A program made the position numbers and the translations under genes. The notes beneath the pieces are model-generated. The model did no database searches and had not been told where the DNA came from. It worked only from the letters and a program-made list of their open reading frames with translations. A stretch of 64,000 bases of DNA from Deltaproteobacteria bacterium. Lineage in GTDB: Bacteria > Myxococcota > Kuafuiibacteriia > Kuafuiibacteriales > Kuafuiibacteriaceae. Position 1 is the stretch's first letter, and every line of letters starts with the position of its first letter. Location of the stretch: assembly GCA_040218735.1 (NCBI GenBank), contig JAVJQW010000067.1, forward strand, positions 64,001 through 128,000, in the 5' to 3' direction. Below, one piece after another: positions 9,407 to 18,861 of the stretch.

Positions 9407-10003
9407 ATGGCGGAACGACGCGGACGCCCCCGGGCGTACGATCCCGAAGAAGCCCTGGACGCAGCGATGGCGGTCTTCCGCGCACGCGGTTACGGCGGGA
9501 CGACGCTGGACGCATTGAGTGAGGCGACGGGGATGCAGCGCCCGAGCCTTTACGCGGCCTTCGGCGACAAACGCGCGCTCTTCGATCGGACGATCGAGCG
9601 CTTCGCGCGACGAATGGACGAGGCGACGACGGCGGCCCTTCAGGCGCCGAAGCTGGCCGAAGCACTCGTCACCGCGTTGTTCGCCGTCGTGGATCTCTAC
9701 GCGCCGGTGAACGGTCGTGGCGAAGGCTGTCTGGTGTTCGGGGTGGCCTCGGTCGAGGCGGTCGAAGCGCCCGAGCTCGCGGCGCTCCTCGACGGCGCGA
9801 TCCGCCGCGTCGACGTGAAGTTCGAGCGCCGCCTCGCCGCCGCCGTCGAAGCCGGCGAGCTGTCCGAGGCCACGGACGTCGCTACGCTCGCACGCCTCCT
9901 GACGGCCGTCGTGCACACGCTCTCGTTGCGCGCCCGCGCCGGCACTACGCGCCGAGCGCTACGCGCCCTCGCCCGCCGAAGCGTCGCGCTCCTCGTCGAG
10001 TAG
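9407..10003 (+). CDS. TetR/AcrR family transcriptional regulator
   Basis: 'RGRPRAYD...ALDAAMAVFRARGYGGTTLDAL...PSLYAAFGDKRALF' HTH; GCL motif. Confidence 0.92.
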   Translation: MAERRGRPRAYDPEEALDAAMAVFRARGYGGTTLDALSEATGMQRPSLYAAFGDKRALFDRTIERFARRMDEATTAALQAPKLAEALVTALFAVVDLYAPVNGRGEGCLVFGVASVEAVEAPELAALLDGAIRRVDVKFERRLAAAVEAGELSEATDVATLARLLTAVVHTLSLRARAGTTRRALRALARRSVALLVE

Positions 10004-10025
10004 GTGTCGTGAGGCGGCCTTCGGC

Positions 10026-10670
10026 CTAGAACGGGAGGGACTTCACTTCTTCGAACATGCGGCCGTAGAGGCGGTCCGCGTAGTCCTCGATCCGCTTCTC
10101 CTGGATCCGGCTCATGCTCGTCGCGCTGATCTTCGCGGACCAGACGCTCTTCGTGCTCGTCTTCGGCGCCTTGGGGTGGATGGCGGAGATCGACAGCGTG
10201 CTGATCAGCGGCGCCTTCTTCGCGACCACCGCAGCGATCTGCGAAGCGTCCTTCACGACCTCGGCGCTCTTCGTGCCCTGGAAGCGGATGTAGACGACGA
10301 CGTGCTTCGGCTCCTCGTCGTTGATCAACACGTCGAGGACGCGCCCGTCGACACGCGTGCCCTTGAAGCCGGACTCGATCGCCTTCTTGGCGAGGTCCGT
10401 GGCGTTGCCGGCGAGGCTGTCGACCTTGTCGATCGCCTTGGTCAGCTTCTTCTTGTTCCACCCGATGTCGCGCGCGACCATCTTGATCTGCCGCGCCCGC
10501 GACTTCTGCTTCGCGATCTTCGGGTGCTCCAAGGCGGTCTCGAAGTACTTCGCGCCGTAGTAGTCGTCGGCGGAGATCTCGCCGATCTCCGCGGCGGACG
10601 CCGCACCGGCGAAGAGGAAGGTGAGAGCGGCGGCCGAAGCCGCGAGGAATCGAACGTTCATGGGATGCAT
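10026..10670 (-). CDS. Hypothetical exported protein
   Basis: Signal peptide ending AASA-AE; Lys-rich globular mature region; typical codon usage. Confidence 0.75.
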   Translation of the reverse strand: MHPMNVRFLAASAAALTFLFAGAASAAEIGEISADDYYGAKYFETALEHPKIAKQKSRARQIKMVARDIGWNKKKLTKAIDKVDSLAGNATDLAKKAIESGFKGTRVDGRVLDVLINDEEPKHVVVYIRFQGTKSAEVVKDASQIAAVVAKKAPLISTLSISAIHPKAPKTSTKSVWSAKISATSMSRIQEKRIEDYADRLYGRMFEEVKSLPF

Positions 10671-10758
10671 GTCTCTTCGGTTGGGGGTCTGATAGCCGAG
10701 GTGCACTCCGAACCTCATCGGTCATCCGACGAGACCGGAATCGCCCCTATTCATCGCG

Positions 10759-12363
10759 TCATCGACGGTTCTTCTTGCGCGCCTTCGCGGCCTGCTTCTT
10801 CTTCTTCTTGAGCTTGCTCTTGTCGATCTTCTTCTTGGGCGGCGGCTTCGCCATCGTCGCGAAGTACTCCCGCTGGCCCTGCGCCTTCTCCGGCTTCGCG
10901 CTGTAGTCGAACGGCTCTTCTTCGGGTTCTTCCTCAGGCAGCTCGAACGCGTCTCCGAACAGCTCGGCGAGGTCGAGGCCGCGCAGCTTCCGCACCTGCG
11001 CGAGCTGATCGAAGCCCGGGATCTTCGTCAGCAGCGACGGCTGATCCCCGAGCGCGATCATCATCCGGCGCATCGTGTCGTATTTCGTGAGGACCTCGAG
11101 GATCTGCTTCTCCTCGCGGCCCGTCCCCGTACACACGCGCTTCATCCGGCTCGGGTCGCGCAGCAGCGCCGGCCGGCGCCGCTCGAGTGGCGTCATCGAG
11201 TCGTGCACCGCGATGATCTTCGTGAACTCGCGCTCGTCGGGGCGGAACCCCTCCGGCATCCCCTCCTGGAACATCGGCATCTTGTCGAAGAGGTCCTTGA
11301 GCGACCCCATCTTCTGCAGCACGCCGATCTGCTCGACGAAGTCGCCCATGTCGAACTGGCCGCGGAACATCCGCTCCGCGTCCTCCTCGGCCTTGTCGCT
11401 GTCGACGTGGCGCTCGAACTCCTGCACGAGCCCCACGACGTCGCCCATCCCGAGGATCCGCGACGCCAACCCGTCCGGGCGGAACTCCTCGAGGGCGTCG
11501 GTCGTCTCGCCCATGCCGAGGAACTTGATGGGTTTGTTCGTGATCTCCTTGATCGACAGCGCCGCGCCGCCACGCGCGTCACCGTCGAGTTTCGTCATCA
11601 CGAACCCGGTGATCCCCAGAGCGTCGTCGAAGGCCTTCGCCGTCCGCACCGCGTCCTGACCGATCATCGCGTCGACCACCAGGAGGATCTCCTGGGGCTT
11701 CGTGCGGTCCTTGATGCGCTTCAGCTCGTCCATCAGCGCTTCGTCGACCGCGAGGCGACCCGCGGTGTCGAAGATGACGACGTCCTTCTTGGTCTTGCCC
11801 GCCTTCGCGAGCGCGTCCCCGCACAGCTGCAGCGGATCCCCGCCGCGCTGCGAGAACACCGGCGCGTCGATCTGCTCGCCGAGCGTCTCCAGCTGGTCGA
11901 TCGCCGCCGGGCGCTGCACGTCCGCCGCTACGAGCATCGGCTTCTTGTCGTGCCGCTGCGCGAGGTGGCGCGCGAGCTTCGCGGAGGTCGTCGTCTTACC
12001 AGAGCCCTGCAGGCCGACCATCATGATCGCCGTGACGCCCATCGGCGCGAACGTGAGCGGCTCGGTGCCCGGCCCCATCAGGTTCTCGAGCTCTTCCTGA
12101 CAAATCGCGACGAAGCGGTGGTACGGCCCGATCTGCTCGGTCTTGCCGTCCCGCGACATCGTCGCGACGCCCTCGACCAGCTCCTCCTTCGCCCGCGCCT
12201 TCACACGTTCGAGGAAACGCTTGGCGACGTTCAGATCGACGTCGGCCTCCAGCAGTGACAGCCGGATGTCCCGCAGCGCCTCGTCGACGGAGGCGCTCGA
12301 CACGACGTCCCCGCGGAGGCGGTCCTTGGCGGCTTTGAACCCTTTCGCGACGGTTTCGAGCAT
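10759..12363 (-). CDS. ffh: Signal recognition particle protein Ffh (SRP54)
   Basis: LLEADV, GLQGSGKTT, DTAGR and TKLDGDARGGAALS motifs; M domain; start at MLETVAKGF. Confidence 0.9.
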   Translation of the reverse strand: MLETVAKGFKAAKDRLRGDVVSSASVDEALRDIRLSLLEADVDLNVAKRFLERVKARAKEELVEGVATMSRDGKTEQIGPYHRFVAICQEELENLMGPGTEPLTFAPMGVTAIMMVGLQGSGKTTTSAKLARHLAQRHDKKPMLVAADVQRPAAIDQLETLGEQIDAPVFSQRGGDPLQLCGDALAKAGKTKKDVVIFDTAGRLAVDEALMDELKRIKDRTKPQEILLVVDAMIGQDAVRTAKAFDDALGITGFVMTKLDGDARGGAALSIKEITNKPIKFLGMGETTDALEEFRPDGLASRILGMGDVVGLVQEFERHVDSDKAEEDAERMFRGQFDMGDFVEQIGVLQKMGSLKDLFDKMPMFQEGMPEGFRPDEREFTKIIAVHDSMTPLERRRPALLRDPSRMKRVCTGTGREEKQILEVLTKYDTMRRMMIALGDQPSLLTKIPGFDQLAQVRKLRGLDLAELFGDAFELPEEEPEEEPFDYSAKPEKAQGQREYFATMAKPPPKKKIDKSKLKKKKKQAAKARKKNRR

Positions 12364-12493
12364 GGGCCGGGGTGGGGCAGGAGCTAACACGCCCGTCACG
12401 GTTCTTGAAACAAGTTTGCCGACCCCCTGGGGCCCGCCCGGGGCACTTTGTCGTTTACATCGGGGGGCGCCCCCCACTACATCCGGACCCCGC

Positions 12494-15445
12494 GTGGCCA
12501 AGAAGAAGAAGAGCGACAAGGCCGACCCGTCGCAGACGCCCGAAGGCACGGCCGCGCCGGCCGAGGCCGACGCCGATCTGGATCCGATCTGCGAGACCTC
12601 CCTCGAACGCTTCATGACGTTCGGCGCGATCCTCACCGTCGGGCTGGTGGCGATGCTCTTCCTGCTGGTCGTCAACCGAGTCTTCGACGTCCCGAAGGCC
12701 GTCGCCCTCAAGGTCGGCGGCGGCGGACTCCTGTTGGTCTGGCTCCTCGTCGGCCTCTTCGGCCGCGGGTTCGCGTGGACCAGCGTGCGGGTGTTCCTCG
12801 CCCCGGTCATCGCGCTCGCCGCGGCGGTGACGCTCTCGACCCTCTTCTCCCTGGACGTCGCGACCAGCGTCTACGGCGTCTACGAACGGCAGTTCGGCCT
12901 GCAGGGCTTCCTCGGCTGCGTCGGTCTCTTCATCGTGACCGCCACGTGCCTGAGGAGCAAACGCGGCGCCGTATTCGGCCTCGCGTGCCTCGCGATGTTC
13001 GGCGGCGCGATCGGCACCTACGCCCTCCTCCAGGCCACCGGGCACGACCCCTACCCGTTCTTCCCGAAGCCCCACAACAAGGTCTACGCCTACCTCGGCA
13101 ACGCGACCTTCGCGGGCAACGCCCTCGCCCTCATCGCGCCGATCTCCACGCTCGTCGCGATCGTCGCGGCCGTGAAGACGATCCGCACCGGCAAGGCCGA
13201 CGAGGACGTCGGCACCAGCATCGTCGGCGTGGTCCTCGCCTCCACCGCCGTCATCCTCGCCCTACAGATCGCCCCGGCCTGGTTCGCGGAGGGCAAGGCG
13301 GGGGTGTCCGAGGCGACGCAGCAGTCCTACTTCAAGTTCGGCGTCGCAGCGTCCTTCGCGCTGACGCTCCTCTTCGGCGCGCTCGGGAGCTGGGGCCCGA
13401 AGTCGATGCGCATGGCTACCGCGTCCACCCGGCACATGCTGGACGGAGCCGCGGCCGGCGCGCTCATCGCCGCCGCGATCGGGATCGGTATGGGGCTATT
13501 GTTCACGCGCACGCGCGGCGCGTGGGTCGGCACGACCTGCGCCGTCGTCGGCGGCCTCGTGCTCCTCCCCGGTCTATTCAAACGAACGCGCTTCTACGGC
13601 GCCGTGCGCGGTGCGTGCTGGGGCTCGCTCGCGTTCGCGACGATCTTCATGACCACCTACGTGCTGAAGGCGGAGTCGTTCTGCTCCGACCCCAAGTCTC
13701 GGTGCATGCTCATCGCCAACACGATTCGCTCGATCCCCGCCGCGTTCGATCCGAACCGCACCGACTTCGGCAAGGGCCAGGGGACCCGGCGCTATCTGTG
13801 GATGGAGAGCCCGCGTGTCCTCGTCGATAACGCCGACACCCTCGACCGCATCTTCGACGACGAGGCCTACGCCGCGCAGTTCGCGCCGGCGATGGAGGCC
13901 CTCGACATGGACCTCGACCTCCCGAAGGCCCCCAGCGAGGAGGACCGCGCGTCCGAGAAGACGTGGCGCAGCATCCTCGTGTGGCCGTTCGGGATCGGCA
14001 TCGAGACCTACCGCTACGCCTTCATGAGCCACAAGTCGAAGCGCCTCGAAGCGCTCGACCCGATGACGAACCACGACAACCCGCACAACAACTACCTGTA
14101 CGTGCTGGCCTCGTTCGGCATCGTCGGCCTCGCCGCGTACCTGTGGGTGCTCTACCGGCTCCTCACCGTGAGCTTCTCGCGCTTCTGGCGCACGCCGCGC
14201 CGCGCGCTGGTCGAGACCGGCAGCGGTCACGAGCCCGACCTCGTGACGAAGTGGACCTTCGAGGAGTCGGCCGACCCGCCGCGCCTCGTCCTCGAGACGG
14301 CCGACCCCAAGCGCATCAAGGCGTCGCTGGAGGCGGCCAACATCGACGCTTCGTTCCGCATCGAAAACGACAAGCTCGTCGTCACCAAGTTCGACGCAAA
14401 GACGAGCCTCGACGCGATCGCCAACGCGCCGATCGAGGGGGAGCCGACGATCGCCGACCGCGCGATCGCGTTCGGCGTCGTGACCTCGTTCTTCAGCTAC
14501 TCGGTGTACTCCATCGCGGGGTTCGACTCGGTGGCGTGCTCGGTGTTCCTGTACTTCCTCCTCGGCTGCGCGGCGGTGTTCTTCGAGCCGAGCGTCGGGG
14601 AGCGCATCCGCCCGATCGGCGTGAACATCAAACGCCAGTGGGCGACCTTCCGCGGTCGTGATCCGGACGAGGTCGACAACACCTCCCCCATCCCGCTGTC
14701 CGTCGCGCTCGCGTTGATCGGTGTGCTCCTCCTCGGCCCCTTCCCGGGCGGCGCCATCCAGGGCGCGAAGATGACCTGGGACGCCGAGGTCGCGTTCGTC
14801 AACGCTCGGCGCGCCTCGCGCGACGGCATCAAGGCCAAGCTCGACGCCCTCGCGGAGGCCGTGCGCATCCACCCCTACGAGAGCTACTACAAGCAGGAGC
14901 TCGGACGCTCCTACGCCGAGGCCGCGCGTGCGTACGTGCGGCAGTCGATGGCCCTCGCCCGCAAGGGGAAGAACGAGGAGGCCCGGGCTTTCCGTCAGCA
15001 GGGGGAGACGTTCGCGCGCAACGCGACCGCGATCCTGTACGCCGCCCTCGACCACGCCTGGGCGCCCGAGAACATCTTCATCACCGCGTTCCAGATGCAC
15101 TACGCGATCGGCGAAGTGCAGCAGGCCGAAGCCGCGCTGGAGCGCGCGCTCGTGCACAGCCCCCACCTCGGCGCGGTCCGCGGTAACCTCGCGGTGCTGA
15201 AGGTCGAGCGCGGCGCGTTCGAAGAGGCGAAGAAGGACGCCGAGTGGGTCCTGGAGGTCGATCCGCGCAGCGCGATCGCGCACCGGGTGATGGGCCAGTA
15301 CTACACCGAGAAGAAGGACTGGAAGAAGGCCAAGGCGCACCTCGACAAAGCCAAACGCTACGGTCGCGGCGACCGCGCCATCGACCGCGCGATTCAGCTC
15401 TACGAGCAGGCCAAGAAGGCCGCCGAGACCTCCACCACGGGCTGA
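12494..15445 (+). CDS. O-antigen ligase/Wzy_C-like polytopic membrane protein with C-terminal TPR repeats
   Basis: Many TM helices; GNA, TRTRGAW, GIGIETY and PHNNYL motifs; C-terminal TPR-like helices. GTG start at 12494 is inferred. Confidence 0.75.
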   Translation: MAKKKKSDKADPSQTPEGTAAPAEADADLDPICETSLERFMTFGAILTVGLVAMLFLLVVNRVFDVPKAVALKVGGGGLLLVWLLVGLFGRGFAWTSVRVFLAPVIALAAAVTLSTLFSLDVATSVYGVYERQFGLQGFLGCVGLFIVTATCLRSKRGAVFGLACLAMFGGAIGTYALLQATGHDPYPFFPKPHNKVYAYLGNATFAGNALALIAPISTLVAIVAAVKTIRTGKADEDVGTSIVGVVLASTAVILALQIAPAWFAEGKAGVSEATQQSYFKFGVAASFALTLLFGALGSWGPKSMRMATASTRHMLDGAAAGALIAAAIGIGMGLLFTRTRGAWVGTTCAVVGGLVLLPGLFKRTRFYGAVRGACWGSLAFATIFMTTYVLKAESFCSDPKSRCMLIANTIRSIPAAFDPNRTDFGKGQGTRRYLWMESPRVLVDNADTLDRIFDDEAYAAQFAPAMEALDMDLDLPKAPSEEDRASEKTWRSILVWPFGIGIETYRYAFMSHKSKRLEALDPMTNHDNPHNNYLYVLASFGIVGLAAYLWVLYRLLTVSFSRFWRTPRRALVETGSGHEPDLVTKWTFEESADPPRLVLETADPKRIKASLEAANIDASFRIENDKLVVTKFDAKTSLDAIANAPIEGEPTIADRAIAFGVVTSFFSYSVYSIAGFDSVACSVFLYFLLGCAAVFFEPSVGERIRPIGVNIKRQWATFRGRDPDEVDNTSPIPLSVALALIGVLLLGPFPGGAIQGAKMTWDAEVAFVNARRASRDGIKAKLDALAEAVRIHPYESYYKQELGRSYAEAARAYVRQSMALARKGKNEEARAFRQQGETFARNATAILYAALDHAWAPENIFITAFQMHYAIGEVQQAEAALERALVHSPHLGAVRGNLAVLKVERGAFEEAKKDAEWVLEVDPRSAIAHRVMGQYYTEKKDWKKAKAHLDKAKRYGRGDRAIDRAIQLYEQAKKAAETSTTG

Positions 15446-15449
15446 GGCG

Positions 15450-16655
15450 TCAGTCCGCCGTCCCGGGGCCGAGGGACGGCGTCGCCTGCTGCCCCGACAC
15501 CGAAGAGACGAACCGCACCTGGCCGCTCTTCAGCTCGACGACCACCGCGCGCCCGTCGACGTCACCGCGATCGTCGAACCCCAGTGAGCCGGTGACCCCG
15601 TCGACGGCGGGGCCGGATCGCAGCGCTTCGTGGATCCGCTCGCGGTCGTCGGATCCGGCGCGACCGATCGCGAGCAGCGCGACACGCGCGGCGTCGTACC
15701 CCAGCGCGGAGAGTGCGTTCGGCGCCTCGTTCATCTTTGCGACGAACCGCTCCGAGAACGCGGTCACCGTGGCGCGTGGCTCGTCGGAGGCGAAGTGTGT
15801 GGTGAACCGCGCCCCCTCCAGCGCGTCGCTCGCGCGCCGGACTTCTTCGGTGTCCCAGCCGTCCGCGCCGAGGAAGCGCCCCTCGAACCCGAGCGCCCGC
15901 GCGGTGCGGACGATGCGCAGCACCTCGCGCTCGTAGCCGGGGATGTAGATGGCCTCGGGGTCCGGCGCGAGCAGATCCTGGAGCATGGGCCGCACGTCTT
16001 CGTCGCGCGCTTCGAACGTGGCGCTCGCGACGACCTCGCCGCCGCGCGCCTCGAAGGTCTTCGTCATCGCGTCCGCGAGCCGTACGGAGTACGTGCTCCC
16101 GACGTCGCGGAGCACCGCGATGCGTTTCAGCTTCAGGCTGTCGCGCGCGTGCAGGGCCATCGCGGTGCCCTGAAACGGATCCGTGAAGCAGATCCTGAAC
16201 ACGTAGCTACCGGACGCCGTGAGCTCGCGCGCGGTCGCCGACGGGCTGATCATCGGCGTCTTCGCGCGCTCGGCGACCGCTGCTATCCCCATCGCGGAGT
16301 CCGACGAGACGCCACCGATCAACAGCTTCGCGCCGTGCTGGACGATCGCGTCTTCGGCGGCCTTCTTCGCGCGGTCCTTGTTGCCGCGCGCGTCGACGTA
16401 ACGAACGCGCACCGGCTTGCCGAGGACGCCGCCGCTGTCGTTCGCCTCCAGCACCGCGAGGTCGATCCCGGACTTCACCGCGACGCCGTAGCTCGCGCGC
16501 GGGCCGGTGAGCGGGAGGACGGCGCCGATGACCACGCCCTCGTCGCGCGCGCGCTTCACGAGGTGCTTCCGCCCGTCGGCCGGGCAGCCGAGCAGTCCGA
16601 GGCTCACGGCGAGGGCCGCGAGCGACGCGAGGGGCGCGGCGGGGGAGCGGCTCAA
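15450..16655 (-). CDS. Type 1 periplasmic substrate-binding lipoprotein (LivK-like ABC branched-chain family)
   Basis: Lipobox LLGC; 'IGAVLPLTG...N..GGVLGK...ISPSAT...FRICFTD.FQG...GYDA'. TTG start overlaps the upstream gene's stop. Confidence 0.85.
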   Translation of the reverse strand: MSRSPAAPLASLAALAVSLGLLGCPADGRKHLVKRARDEGVVIGAVLPLTGPRASYGVAVKSGIDLAVLEANDSGGVLGKPVRVRYVDARGNKDRAKKAAEDAIVQHGAKLLIGGVSSDSAMGIAAVAERAKTPMISPSATARELTASGSYVFRICFTDPFQGTAMALHARDSLKLKRIAVLRDVGSTYSVRLADAMTKTFEARGGEVVASATFEARDEDVRPMLQDLLAPDPEAIYIPGYEREVLRIVRTARALGFEGRFLGADGWDTEEVRRASDALEGARFTTHFASDEPRATVTAFSERFVAKMNEAPNALSALGYDAARVALLAIGRAGSDDRERIHEALRSGPAVDGVTGSLGFDDRGDVDGRAVVVELKSGQVRFVSSVSGQQATPSLGPGTAD

Positions 16656-18520
16656 GAGATCAGCGTTCCGACGACCCACAGGATCAACACCATCAGCACG
16701 AACAGCCCGAGCGCGACCTTCCACATCGTCGGCATCCCGCCCTCGTCCTTCTCGGCGTCGGCCTTCTTGAAGGCGTAGAACCCGAGGATGGTGCCGACCT
16801 GGTTGAGGTACTTCTGGATGCGCTCGTCTTCGGGGTTGGCGTTCTTCAGCTCGCGATAGCAGCGGACCGCGAACTCGATCTGCTTGGCCTCCAGGCACGA
16901 CTTGATGAAGACCTGGTGCGCCTCGTCGTCGTCGAGGCGGCCGCGGACCTGCGTCCAGTGCTCCTGCAGCGAGCGGTTGCCCTCGAGGCTGTCGCCGCGG
17001 GGCGGAGCGACGAGCGCGCGTATCAACACCTGCGCGATCGCGGGGGTCGTGATGTCGCGCGCCTCATCGACGAAGAGGCGGATGGGATCCACGTCCAGCT
17101 CTTGCAACTTGAGTTGCAGAGACGAAGTGCTCCCCTCGACGCCGACCACCCGTCCGGGCACCTCGACCTCGCGCCCCTGCGTCGTCGTGAAACGCGCCGA
17201 GACCTTCGTCCCGAGCGCGAGCGGCTCACGGCTGTCGAGCACGACCTCGCCGTCGTAGGACATGGCGCGGATGCGGCCGCGCGTGACCTGGCCTTCGCCG
17301 AGCGTCACCTGGGCGCGGACCATGTTGACGTTGAGGTCGAAGCGGCCCTTCGCGACGACGGCGTCACGCGCGATCTCCGCGTCCTCGCGCGCCTCTTCGA
17401 TCGCGAGGACCAGCTGCTCCATCTCGAACGGCTTCTCGATCGAAGCGCGCACCTGCGCGCGCGTATCGAGGGTCTCGATCGCGAGCGGAATCCCGCAGAG
17501 CGTCACGATCGGGCCCGCGAACCGCTCGAGCGGCGCGAGGGCTTCCTGCCCTCCATCGCGATGCGCCTGACCGTCGGCGATCTCCAGGACGGCGGCATCG
17601 AACGGCTGCTGATCGATCGCCGCGAGCATGCCTTCCACGTCCACGACGCGGCAGGTGTACCCGCGCTCCATCAGCTTCGCTGCGGTCTGCGCGGCGACGC
17701 GCAGGTCCGGCGCCGCGACGAGCAGGCTGCACGGCAGACGAATCTCTCGGGTCGCGGTGGCGGACGCCTCGTCGATCGGGAGCGCGTGGATCCCGTGCGC
17801 CTGCAGCGAGGTGTACTCGGTCGACGACGGCTCGGTCGGGCCGAGCCCCGTCGGCAGGGGCACCCGGCGCGCGCGCTGCGCGCCCTCCCCCGGCGTAGGG
17901 AGGGTCGGTGACACGGGGGCTTCGGCGCCCGCTCCGGGCGTCGGCATCGCCAGCCCGACCGGCGGCACAGCCTGCCCGCCCGGCGCCGGTATCTCGGGGT
18001 ACGACGGCGCCGGTTCCGCCCCGCTCGGCGCCGGCATGCGCGGATAGGAGGGCGCCGCCTCCGCCCCGCTCGGCGCCGGCATGCGCGGGTAAGACGGCGC
18101 GGACGCTTCACCGCTCGGCGGCGACGTTCGGGCGGGCGGCTCCGCGGGCGTCGGGAGGCGTGGGAAGGACGGCTCGGGTGAAGGCGTCCACGTGTTGGGC
18201 GTCGGGGACGCAGGCTCACCGACCGGCGAGCGGTCCAGGCTCGGCATCGTGTCGGCCGGCGGCGGGATGCTCGGCGCGCGCGGCGCCTCGGCCGGATCCA
18301 CGATCGCGCGCGGCACCGGCGAGAAGGGGTCGAGGTCGATGCGCTCCGTCGGGAGGCCCGGCTCGGACGAGGGCCGCGATGAGAACGCGCTGGGATCGAG
18401 CGGCGCCTCACCCTCCGGCGAGCTCGCCGACTCGACCTCCGTGCGCAGGTCTCCCTCCGCCGACAGGATCAGGTCCGCCGCCAACTTGGACGGACCGCCT
18501 TGCTTGTTCTGCTCGCTCAT
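16652..18520 (-). CDS. Pro-rich protein with degenerate receiver-like and PilZ-like domains and C-terminal TM anchor
   Basis: Pro-rich N-terminal half; 'FDAAVLEI...IEKPFEMEQLV' (REC-like); 'PLALGTKVSARF...EVPGRVV' (PilZ-like); C-terminal hydrophobic helix. Confidence 0.7.
   Translation of the reverse strand: MSEQNKQGGPSKLAADLILSAEGDLRTEVESASSPEGEAPLDPSAFSSRPSSEPGLPTERIDLDPFSPVPRAIVDPAEAPRAPSIPPPADTMPSLDRSPVGEPASPTPNTWTPSPEPSFPRLPTPAEPPARTSPPSGEASAPSYPRMPAPSGAEAAPSYPRMPAPSGAEPAPSYPEIPAPGGQAVPPVGLAMPTPGAGAEAPVSPTLPTPGEGAQRARRVPLPTGLGPTEPSSTEYTSLQAHGIHALPIDEASATATREIRLPCSLLVAAPDLRVAAQTAAKLMERGYTCRVVDVEGMLAAIDQQPFDAAVLEIADGQAHRDGGQEALAPLERFAGPIVTLCGIPLAIETLDTRAQVRASIEKPFEMEQLVLAIEEAREDAEIARDAVVAKGRFDLNVNMVRAQVTLGEGQVTRGRIRAMSYDGEVVLDSREPLALGTKVSARFTTTQGREVEVPGRVVGVEGSTSSLQLKLQELDVDPIRLFVDEARDITTPAIAQVLIRALVAPPRGDSLEGNRSLQEHWTQVRGRLDDDEAHQVFIKSCLEAKQIEFAVRCYRELKNANPEDERIQKYLNQVGTILGFYAFKKADAEKDEGGMPTMWKVALGLFVLMVLILWVVGTLIS
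17976..18120. repeat. Intragenic 45-bp tandem repeat (about 3.2 copies; PSGAEAAPSYPRMPA)
   Basis: Units start at 17976, 18021 and 18066, with a partial unit at 18111. Confidence 0.85.
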
Positions 18521-18568
18521 CGCGAACGCGTCCGACGTCCCCCGCCCGCGGGGGGCACCGGCCAGAGG

Positions 18569-18781
18569 TTACTCCATCACGGCGATGATATCGCCCTCCG
18601 AGATGGGCTGACCTTCTTCGACCTTGATCTCCTTGATGGTGCCGTCGTCGTCGGCCTCCACCGGCATCTCCATCTTCATCGACTCGAGGATCGCGATCGT
18701 GTCGCCCTCCTCGACCTCGTCGCCGACCTTCACCTCGATCTTCCAGACCGTGCCCGTGATGTGCGCCTTGACCTCTGCCAT
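18569..18781 (-). CDS. Stand-alone biotin/lipoyl carrier protein
   Basis: 70 aa with the ESMKME biotinylation motif. Confidence 0.9.
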   Translation of the reverse strand: MAEVKAHITGTVWKIEVKVGDEVEEGDTIAILESMKMEMPVEADDDGTIKEIKVEEGQPISEGDIIAVME

Positions 18782-18861
18782 CGGTGCTTTCAGCCTTTCC
18801 GCCTCATCGGACTCGACGTCAAGGGTGATCGAGGCTATGCGTTGGGAGCCCCTACGACACG

